This document shows, in pieces, positions 1 through 8,412 of a stretch of DNA of 63,950 nt (position 1 is the first letter of the stretch; the number at the start of each line of letters is the position of its first letter). Below the pieces are notes generated by a model. The model saw only the letters and a list, made by a program, of their open reading frames with translations. It searched no databases and had not been told where the DNA came from. The stretch is from contig JAXLNO010000213.1 of the NCBI GenBank assembly GCA_038087875.1, forward strand, positions 1 to 63,950, in the 5' to 3' direction. The position numbers and the translations under genes were made by a program. This stretch comes from Malacoraja senta. Lineage: Eukaryota.

Positions 1-285
1 TCTAACACCAAGACCCGGTGCGCGACCCTTGCATTAACCCGCGTGGCTTTAATGGCCGCGGGACAATCACCATCGCCCGCCGGGGGCTTTGACTTTGACT
101 CTGACATCGGGGGGGGGGGGAGTGCAGTGGAGAGATAAGTTTTTGTGCCTTCCATCACAGCGCTGTGATGGATGTATGTGTAAATTGTGTTGTGTCTCGG
201 GTCTTCTTCGTTTTGTTATGTATGGCTGCAGAAACGACATTTCGTTTGGACCTTAACGGGGTCCAAATGACAAATCCGTCCAAAA
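1..285 (+). mobile_element. 3' part of a non-autonomous LINE-related (SINE-like) repeat
   Basis: GC-rich body, then an AT-rich 3' end with a terminal hairpin (tttggacc 245-252 / ggtccaaa 260-267) before an A-rich tract, as in LINE-mobilised 3' ends. It shares the motif gccgcgggac..catcgcccg..ggggg with ~8020-8052. Family assignment is inference. Confidence 0.4.
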
Positions 286-344
286 AGACAAATAAAAAAA
301 ATAATAAAAAAATATGTAGGGTGAAAACAATTCCATGCTTTAAT

Positions 345-429
345 TGTGCGGGGGAACTCCATGCAGCAGCCAGCATCTCTGGATAGAAGAAATTCGGTAA
401 CGTTTCGGGTAGAGACCCTTCTTTAGACT
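345..429 (-). mobile_element. Penelope-like element-derived fragment with degenerate hammerhead-ribozyme core
   Basis: Minus strand 429->396 reads AGT-CTAAAGA-AGGGTCTCTACCC-GAAAC-GTTACC. This resembles the minimal hammerhead layout CUGANGA-stem II-GAAA known from Penelope-like elements, with one core mismatch. Confidence 0.5.
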
Positions 430-437
430 CCCTCTGG

Positions 438-504
438 TTTTAGTGTTTTTAGTTTAATTTAAAGATACAGCGTTTGTAAACAGGCCCTTCGGCCCACCGA
501 GTCA
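438..504 (-). mobile_element. CR1-type LINE/SINE 3' terminal fragment
   Basis: Minus strand reads gactcggtgggccgaagggcctgtttacaaacgctgtatctttaaattaaactaaa, matching the CR1-type 3' hairpin (gggccgaagggcc) plus a short tandem tail. Confidence 0.5.
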
Positions 505-600
505 AGAGTCAAGAGTGTTTTATTCTCTCACGTCCCAGTTAGAACAACGAAATCCTTACTTCCAGCAGCACAACAGAATATGTAAACATGTTTCTCTGTA
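500..600 (-). mobile_element. LINE 3' UTR fragment (Rex1/L2-like) with (CTCTTGA)n tail
   Basis: Minus strand ends ...gtaaggatttcgttgttctaactgggacgtgagagaataaaacactcttgactcttgactc, i.e. AATAAA followed by a short tandem tail. Confidence 0.4.
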
Positions 601-849
601 AATAATGTTATAAACGAGAAAACAAAACGGTGATTTTTATATATGAATACTAGACTGTGGGACCCGATGGGTCCCAGCATCACACGGGAGGGCTGGTCAT
701 CCAACGCAATATTCCACCTCTCTACCAATTCCAATAGTGCTGGCCAGTGGTGGGGCGGCGCTTTCTGTTGTGCTAATATGGGTGTTGTGGGCCGAAGGTA
801 CTGGTTTCCAGAGGGTTGGTATAGACATTGGGGGCCGAAGGGATTCTTG

Positions 850-1130
850 GGCTGGCAGCTCAGTCACTGAGGCCAGGCAGCCTCAGTCACTGTGGCCTGG
901 CAGTACAATCACTTGGACTTGGCAGGCTGGCAGCTGAGAAACTGCCAGAAATTCTGCCCAAAACAGGTGACAGACTGTGAGAGAGAAGGGGGAGAGGGTG
1001 GACTGAATGGATTATTGGGCTGGCAGTTCAGTCACTTACGGCTGGTGGGCTGTCAATTCACTTACTCACGGCTTGTGGGCTGGCAGTGCAGTCAGTCACG
1101 CCTGCTACGCTGGCAGTTCACTCAGTCACC
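850..1130. repeat. Degenerate ~30-bp minisatellite inside the Helitron
   Basis: A ggctggcagttcagtcact-like motif recurs at ~850, 875, 896, 926, 1017, 1047, 1077 and 1108. Confidence 0.6.
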
Positions 1131-1455
1131 CCACCTATTCACCCCCCACTCTGCTCCTTGCCATTCCCCTCCCACCCACACATTCAGTGCATCTCCCCAC
1201 CAACCCCCCCCCCCCCCCATTCACTCTTGGTGGCTCTCTCACCGAGCAGCCATTCCTGCCTATTAGGTTCGCATTGTGATGAAGAACATGCAGGCATGAA
1301 AAGGGCAAAAGGATTTATTAAAGTCTAAAATGTGAATAACTCTAAAAATATGAGAACAATTTAAATGTTAAAGATGAGAATTATTAAGTTATTCCTTGTT
1401 GTGTCTCTTGTTGTGTTCTGCTGCTCACTGCCTCTTGATGACTATTTCCTGTTGA

Positions 1456-1701
1456 TCAAAAGAGACATTCATCCCAAACAATGACTTTCACTTGCCTCAC
1501 AAAATGTGCCGTCTTAGAGTTCTTCTCGATGTTGCAGAATGTATCCTCGGCCACTTGGATGGGTATCTTGAATCGAGAATGTGTAGTTCTTCCACCAGGC
1601 CTTAACGTAGCTGCTATCCCAGAGGATGCTACAGCAATAATCACATCACCTTGACCTCTAACCTTTCCTGACATGATGTCGAAATAGCAGCCTAAAGACA
1701 A
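1456..1701 (-). pseudogene. PIF1-family helicase fragment (Helitron RepHel)
   Basis: AVASSGIAATL.PGGRTTHSRFKIP (PIF1 motif Ia region) and the Walker B-like VIVWDE are present. Walker A and the downstream motifs are absent. Confidence 0.85.
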
Positions 1702-2129
1702 TTTCAGTTGTTAATGAACACTGAAGAATTTGTGCAAAATATTTTTTTCAGGCGGGAGCTGTCAGCGTGGGTTGGGGGGGTGGTAAGCGTCGTGCAGCCA
1801 AGGGAGGGGCACAGCTTCAGGCGGGGGCTCTCGTGAGCTGATGAGAAGGGGGGGGGGTGTCCTCCAGCGGGGGAAGTGGGCGGCTTCAGTAGGGGGCAGG
1901 AGGGGGCGCATCCTATAGCCAGGCGGAAGGCAGCGGCTTGAGGTGGGGGGTGTCAGAGGAGGGGGGCGGGGCGGTGAGCGACTTACTCATGACATCTGGA
2001 CTCACTCACTGCCTTGGGATTAATCATGGCCTTTGGACTGACTGACTGACTCACTGCTTGCGGACTGACTGACTTATGCCCGACTTTTGGAGTCACGTCC
2101 GACTTTTGTAAACTGAAAACTGTAACATC

Positions 2130-2235
2130 TACATTGAGGAACAGCTTCTTCCTGACAGCCATCAGGCTATTAAACATAACAAATAAGATCTGAACTACGA
2201 AATACTATATTTGTGTATTATTTGTTAATTGTTGA
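2130..2235 (+). mobile_element. Rex1/L2-type LINE 3' terminal fragment
   Basis: 2136-2174 translates RNSFFLTAIRLLN, matching the C-terminal NSFFPxAIRLLN motif of these LINE ORF2 proteins. Confidence 0.55.
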
Positions 2236-2249
2236 TCACATATAACTTC

Positions 2250-2569
2250 CACCTCACACACACACACACAGACTCACTGACACACACACAGACACACACT
2301 CGCATACACACACACACACAGTCTCATATACACACACACACAGACTCATACATACACACACACATACAGACTCATTCACACACACACAGACGCTTTCACA
2401 CATACACATACAGACTCATTCACACATACACACACAGACTCATTTCACACACACAGACTCATTCACACACACACACACAGACTCATTCACACATACACAC
2501 ACACACCGACACATTCACAGATACACACATACTCACACACAGACTCATTCACACTCACACACACAGACG

Positions 2570-2601
<32 letters not shown>

Positions 2602-2758
2602 GACTCATTCACACTCACACTCACACACAGATAATCACACACACAGAGTCATTCACACACACATACACAGACTCATTCACACACACATACCACACATACT
2701 CATTCTCCCACACACACACACAGACTCATTCACACACACACACACACACACACAGACT

Positions 2759-2815
<57 letters not shown>

Positions 2816-2830
2816 TACACACACACACAG
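2250..2830. repeat. Degenerate (CA)n microsatellite with recurring cagactcattca interruptions
   Basis: Seen directly. A shorter (TG)n follows at 2872-2940. Confidence 0.95.
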
Positions 2831-2885
2831 ACTAATTTTACTTCGGAGTCACGTGCGAAGTAAAATTAGTCTGTGTGTGTGTGTA

Positions 2886-2886
<1 letters not shown>
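2815..2886. repeat. Perfect 31-bp inverted repeat with 10-nt loop
   Basis: 2815-2845 atacacacacacacagactaattttacttcg pairs with 2856-2886 cgaagtaaaattagtctgtgtgtgtgtgtat; the loop is gagtcacgtg. Confidence 0.9.
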
Positions 2887-2916
<30 letters not shown>

Positions 2917-3269
2917 CTAGCCCCCCCCCTGTGTGTGTGAGCAGAGCTCCTCCAAACCGGTATGTAAAAAGCCTGAAGGTAAGTCTTTTACTTACGTTTT
3001 TTCAGGTCGCTTACTTCAGAGGACTTGTAGTTGGGAAAACACAAGTCAGAATGAAGAAAGGATGTTAGAGGCGTACCGAAGGTAAACTCGAGAAAGACCG
3101 CGGGTCTGCGAGTAGCGGGCGCCATTTTTGATTTTAAATACGGTTGAATATATATACCGTTGTAGCGCCATTAGGGCGCAAGAGAAAAAGGCCGGGTGGC
3201 CAGTAGACTCTGAAGAGTCAGACCGGAGGATCCCCGACTCAGGCAGATATTTTGTTCTATTCAGGACCG

Positions 3270-3790
3270 CGTTGGGAGGCCAGCGCAGTGAATGCCTGGG
3301 GAAGGTCCGGGCTTAGCGTTGGCCTATAGGAGAGCCAGCGCATGAAGTGCCTGGGGAAGGTCCGGGCTTAGCGTTGGCCTACGGGAGCCAGCGCAGGGAG
3401 TGCCTGGGGAGGTCCGGGCTTAGCGTTGGTCTTTCGGAGAACCAGCGCATGGAGTGCTTTAGAAGGTCCGGCTCAGCGTTGGCCGAAGGGAGAGCCAGCG
3501 CAGGGAGTACTTGGGAAGGTCCGGCTCAGCGCTGGCCTACAGGGGAGCCAGTGTGAGCATGCCTGGATAAAGTGTTTTTTATGTGTTGGTCTACAGGAGA
3601 GCCAGCGCCAACTATGTGTGGACAAGGGCAGTTTAAGCGTTGGCCTATAGGTGAGCCAGCGCCAGCAGCACCTGAAAGAGGGCTGCCTATGCATGGGCCT
3701 ACAAGAGAGCCCGCACAGCGAGCACGTGGGAAAGGGTTTACTATACGTAGGCCTATGGGAGAGCCCGCGCTAGAAACACCTGAAGCAGGA
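3270..3790 (+). repeat. ~54-bp tandem repeat (~10 copies) in the DIRS gag-like region
   Basis: A ggagagccagcgc-like anchor recurs at ~3275, 3329, 3382, 3437, 3489, 3542, 3596, 3650, 3704 and 3758. It translates as RWPxGEPA-containing 18-aa units. Confidence 0.85.
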
Positions 3791-4310
3791 TGCCAATTCG
3801 CCCCTCCATGAGGAGGATTATTTCATACAAAAATTCAATAAACGTATCATATGAGGACCAGAGGCCAATAACAGAGCCTAAAGGACCAGATTTGGCACAA
3901 TATATAAAAGTTGTGATTCCAAAACTATCAGGGGAACCATTGGGAGATGAATTAGCAATGTCAATAAATTACTTGCTCTCCCAGCAGCTCCAGGTTCTGA
4001 CCATGTATGAGCTGTCTATTTATATGAAATCCGCAGTATTGAGCATTGTAAGCAGTCTCAGCGAGGGAGAGGGTGTTGAAATTGCTGGTCAGGTATTACG
4101 GCTTTTTGGCCAGAAGTTAGATGGAGAGCATGTGTCTATATCACAACAAGGTTGAATTAGCACTCATGTGTAGTGCGCACTTTGAAATGAATTGTATTTA
4201 TAAAAGTGCTATAAGACCTAATAAGACGTAAATTGGGGGGGCTCTGTACACCATCTAATATTTAATTGCCTAAAAATCTGTTTTGAAAAGAATCTAGCCA
4301 AAAAAGGAAT

Positions 4311-4409
4311 GATCCTATGTGATTGGCAGATCAAATCGAAGGCAGTTTTCCCTACCAATGTGTGGGATCCCATGTGATTGGCAGATCAAATCGAAGGCAG
4401 TTTTCCCTA
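4311..4409. repeat. 44-bp direct repeat, 55-bp period
   Basis: gatccYatgtgattggcagatcaaatcgaaggcagttttcccta occurs at 4311-4354 and 4366-4409 with one mismatch. Confidence 0.9.
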
Positions 4410-4739
4410 TCAAATCGGCCTTTCCCATATTTGCGTTGTTGGCGCACTCCTCCTGAGGTATGTGGAGGTTACAATATTCCACTAAGATCAGGGGATAGCA
4501 ATTGCCATAGGCAAACCCTGAGGTAGGGGGTCTGGTTCTGTAAGAGACATATTAATGTGTTACACTTACAAGTTGGGAAAGATTACAATTCTTGCTAAAT
4601 CATGGCAATTTGATGTATTTATGCTGTATGGTATTGTGGCGTTTAGAATTGAATTCTACCCATATTTGGTTTCTCCTACTAAGGTATTTGAAACCGGACA
4701 CATATTTTCTCAAAATAAGAGAATATGTAGATTCAGACA

Positions 4740-5350
4740 GAACATGAAATATTGTGAAAAGGGTTGATTAAGAAGTCAGTTCACCATCACCATCAATTTA
4801 TGCCAAGTGTGTTATGAGAGCAAATAAGGATGGTGGGTGTAGAATTATTCTAGATCTGACAAGTTTAACCCTTTTTTGCACAGTATAATAAACAGTTTTG
4901 GAACATTTGCCAATACTATGCAGCCAATTTCAAGAAAATGCTATATGGCTAAACATAGATCTTAAAATGCATTTTACTGTGTGGCTGTATATGGTATATA
5001 ATCATAGATATTTTAAATTTAGCTGGATGAGTCAATTATGGCAAGTTAAAGCATTGTATTAAGGTTTAGCCTCAGCTCTGAGACTATTTGCCAGGTTGTT
5101 GGAACCAATCCTAGCATTACTAAGAATTCAGGGCCAGTTGGTATTGGCCTATTTTGATATATTCTGATTGAAGGATGCAACAGAACCATGAGTGTCAAGA
5201 ATCAAGCTCACTTTGGAGATTTATTACCATCCAGATAAATCTAAACAATTACCAAACACAGTTATTGCTTATTTGGGTTCCATTATTAAATGAGATCACG
5301 TGTTTGTGATTCCGCCCAAGGATAAAGGCTGCATTTAATTGGAAGTTGTA
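4740..5350 (+). pseudogene. DIRS reverse transcriptase remnant
   Basis: KDGGCRIILDLTSL (4826-4867), an IDLK-like motif (~4957), GLASALRLFARLLEP (5063-5107), and VLAYFD (5141-5158, degenerate YLDD). Confidence 0.8.
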
Positions 5351-5599
5351 TTAAGCTCATTACAGAGCACCAACCCCCAATTAGGCAGGTAGCAAGCCTG
5401 CTTATAAACTATTGCTTATTTTCAGCTGTACAATTTAGACCGCTGCATGATCAGCATTTGCAGTAAGCATGGATGGAGGCATGGATAATTCATTTAGGGC
5501 ATTTTGCAGGCCCATGTATTTGCCAGTTGAAGTTATTACTGGAATACTATGATGGATCATGAGTGTCTCAAATGCCTCCAGAGAGATCCTGGTTGAAAC

Positions 5600-5970
5600 A
5601 CTTTCCATAATGCAACAGACTAATTTTAGTGCTCTAGGTTGGGGTCATACTTATAAGTATTTCCAGCTGTGGAGTAGATGGAATGTGGAGAAAGTACCTT
5701 TGATCCAATAACAAGCAACCATTAATGAGAGGTTTAGGAACAATTAATGGCCTAAAGCTTATTGCACTAATATGCAAAGTTTGCATGTTTAGGTATAGAT
5801 TGACACTACGGATTAGAAACGTATGTTAATCATTGAGTGGTGTGAAGTCAGAATCTTGTGATAGACTGGCTAACGTGATTTGGACCTGGTGTTTTTACCA
5901 GAAATATTTGGTTTGGCAATCTACCTACCAGGTAGATTCAAAATAGTTGCAGACTCAAGGTCATGTAAAT
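5600..5970 (+). pseudogene. DIRS RNase H remnant
   Basis: SALGWG (5628-5645; DASxxGWG motif), an ID-TT/YVNH region, and IYLPGRFKIVADSRS (HLPGxxNxxADxLSR motif). Confidence 0.7.
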
Positions 5971-5979
5971 TCAATGATA

Positions 5980-6382
5980 ATACAGAATGGACGTTGGGTC
6001 GTGACAAATTTAAAAATATTGTTGCACGGTTGGTGACTTGTATGCATCCAGACTTGACCACCAATTACCTAAATATGTGTCATGGGAACCTGATCCTGGG
6101 GCAGTAGCGATGGATGTTTCTCGCTGCATTGGGGTAGAATGTTTTTGTATACATTTTCTCCATTTTACCTCATTTAGTATATACAGAAGATCAAACAGGA
6201 CTCCGCTTCGGGAGTATTGGTGGTACCAGATTGGACCTATAAAACCATGGTACCCTCTGGTGTTAAATATGATCACAAAGCCTATGATTTTCCCAAACAG
6301 AATTAACCTGTTTGTGCACTCTATAACTGATAATTCACATCCTTTACATAATCGTATTGGTTTGTTAATTTGCAGATTCTAA
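5980..6382 (+). pseudogene. DIRS DNA N6-adenine methyltransferase-like domain remnant
   Basis: YASRLDHQLPKYVSWEPDPGAVAMD and a downstream PWYP match the DLFASxxNxQLxxYxSWxPDPxAxxxDAF domain that follows RNase H in DIRS1 elements. Confidence 0.75.
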
Positions 6383-6389
6383 GGTGTGC

Positions 6390-7310
6390 CATATATCGGA
6401 AGAGGACTATCAGATCGTACTGTGGATATTATTGCAACCTAGAGGGATAGTACCCAGAAGCAGTACACTTCTTACATAAGGAAATGGGATATGTTTTGCT
6501 TCAGGCAGAATATTACATATCACACCACAGACATCTCAGGCGTGTTAGAGTTACTGTCAACTCATTATTTTTTATTGGACAGTTAAGCTATAGTGCTATG
6601 AATTCTGCAAGGAGTGCCTGTTCTGCGTATCTATGGAGGAATCAGACTAAAATCTTGTAGGGTTACACACTTCTGTCTGTAGGTGTATGAAGGGAATTTT
6701 CAATTCTTAGCCACCTAGACACAGATATACAGAAATCTGGAATGTAAGAGATGTGTTATGCTTGTTCGTTAATGGACTCCTATTGCAGTGCTGTCCTTGG
6801 CCTAAATTACCATTAAGGTAGTCATGCTCAGGGCACTGGTTTCAGCACAGAGAGTGCAAACATTGCAGAAACTACGAATAGACATGATGGAAATAGCAAA
6901 AGATACTTTTATGTTCTATGTCTATGATTTGATTAAACAGAGCAGACCTGGAATCACAGGATGTAAGTTGGGGTTTTCAGCATATCCTACTGATCCACGT
7001 CTATGTGTAGTATCACATTTACAATGTTAGATTGGAGCCACCAGAACCTTAAGAGGTGCAGTATCAGCATTTTTATTAGCCATAAATAGCTGCATAAGAA
7101 AATGTCGGTTCAGACTATTTAAAAATGGCGGAAGCAGGTGTTGCTTGATGCAAGTATTGATACTGACGAATTTGAATTTCATTCCAACCAGGGCACCATC
7201 AACATTGGCGGCCAATGAATTGGACGTTCCAATAGAACATATCCTCGCGGCCCTAGGCCAAAGTGAAAGAATGTTTCACAAGTATTACCATAAGGAGATT
7301 ATAGCACCTG
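6390..7310 (+). pseudogene. DIRS tyrosine recombinase remnant
   Basis: STQKQY..RKWDMFC, LSYSAMNSARSA, LVSAQRVQTL (catalytic R), IKQSRPG, YPTDPRLCVV, an H-S-T-R motif broken by a 1-bp insertion (~7180-7192), and FHKYY (catalytic Y). Confidence 0.85.
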
Positions 7311-7399
7311 TGGTTATTTGGTGGTGCTATTTTGGATTTAGTATTAAGTATTCGTCTTGTGATAAAGGGGTTACTGTTGTGGTGATAAATTAACTTTTT

Positions 7400-8084
7400 T
7401 GTCGTATTCCTCTTCTCTGCTTCCGTCTGCGTTGAGGCCTAATGGAGCTGATGACCTCGAGGCTCCGGAGGCAGAACCCGTCAGGACTCGCCCTGAGCTC
7501 GCTCCCGTGAGGGTGGTCCGGCTCAGGGCTGGAACAGTGCTCCCGTGATAGGTTGTGGCGCTCTCGTGAGGGCGGCCAGCCCAAGGGTGGAACGAAGCTC
7601 CCGTTGGAGCGGCCGAGCTCGGGGAGGTGCGGCGCTCGCAGCCCGAGGGAGGTTCGGCGCCCATGTCGGGGCGGCCCGGCCGGAGGGGGAAGCGACGCCC
7701 AAGTCGGGGCGGCCCGGTCGGGGGGAGAGGCGATGCCCAAGTCGGGGCAGCCCGGCCAGAGGGAGAAGCGACGCCCAGGTCGGGGCGGCCCGGCCCGGGG
7801 AAGAAGCGACGCCCATGTCGGGGCGGCCCGGCTCGGGGGAGGTTCGGCGCCCATGTCGGGGCGGCCCAGCCCGAGGCTGAAGACGGCACGGTACTCACGT
7901 GAGGTGGCTGGGACGGTGTTCTGGCGGTGGTGGCCTGTCCGGGGTTCGGCCGCGGGCCAGCGGCTACGTCTGCAGGACTGGTGGGCGGCAGCTTCGACCA
8001 CCCCGGGCCGCGGTGTTTGAGCCGCGGGACTGTTATAACATCGCCCGGGGGGTATCGCCTCAGTGCAGAGGGAGAAGAGGAGGG
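7400..8084 (+). mobile_element. GC/CpG-rich repeat element containing a 38-bp minisatellite
   Basis: Abrupt GC jump after the DIRS, and a motif shared with 55-86. Identity is unresolved (CR1 5' region or a separate non-autonomous element). Confidence 0.4.
7620..7875. repeat. 38-bp GC-rich tandem repeat, ~6.5 copies
   Basis: A gcccaNgtcggggcggcccgg core occurs at ~7659, 7697, 7735, 7773, 7811 and 7849. Confidence 0.9.
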
Positions 8085-8412
8085 AAGCTGTTGGGACAGA
8101 AGAAGCTGTTGGGACAGAAGACGTGTTTACACTGAGCGGCGGACTGGCTTGCGATGCGAATAGGGCTGTTGAGCCAAAACCAAAAAGGCCTAAGGCAGGC
8201 AACGCCATTGTAGTGGGAGACTCGATTGTGAGAGGTACGGACAGGGGTTTCTGTGGCAACAGACGGGATGCGAGGATGGTGTGCTGCCTTCCTGGTGCCA
8301 GGATCCAGGATGTCACGGACAGAGTGCAGAAAATCCTCGAGGGCGAAGGTGAACATCCGGAAGTGGTAGTGCATGTCGGCACAAACGATGTCGGAAAGAA
8401 GGGGATGAATAT
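8085..8412 (+). pseudogene. CR1-type LINE ORF1 SGNH/GDSL esterase domain fragment
   Basis: AIVVGDSIVRGTDR, VCCLPGARIQDV and VVVHVGTND (SGNH blocks I-III typical of CR1 ORF1p). The fragment is cut by the L1 poly(A) tail. Confidence 0.85.

Larger units (their letters stand above)
650..2110 (-). mobile_element. Non-autonomous/decayed Helitron
   Basis: The minus-strand 3' end is canonical: 8-bp stem hairpin tgggaccc-gat-gggtccca (658-676), then CTAG (653-650), then T. A PIF1 helicase remnant lies upstream on the same strand. The 5' boundary is uncertain. Confidence 0.7.
2836..7395 (+). mobile_element. Decayed DIRS1-like tyrosine-recombinase retrotransposon
   Basis: Remnants are collinear in DIRS order: gag-like region, RT, RNase H, methyltransferase-like domain, tyrosine recombinase. 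Many stops and frameshifts. Ends are approximate. Confidence 0.85.

Noticed and set aside
1456..1701. Exon of the host PIF1 gene
   Set aside because: The motif style and the downstream hairpin-CTAG end fit a Helitron helicase, and no other exons are seen.
2229..2888. 219-aa His/Thr-rich ORF
   Set aside because: It is a translation of a (CA)n microsatellite.
3270..3790. CRISPR-like repeat-spacer array
   Set aside because: The whole 54-bp unit is homologous between copies, with no unique spacers and no cas genes, in a eukaryotic transposon context.
7448..7480. CTGATGA followed by a short stem as a second hammerhead
   Set aside because: No correctly placed GAAA follows the stem.
7371..8382. 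Several long overlapping Pro/Arg/Gly-rich ORFs on both strands
   Set aside because: They result from GC-rich 38-bp repeats lacking stops. Only the plus-strand esterase segment has recognisable motifs.
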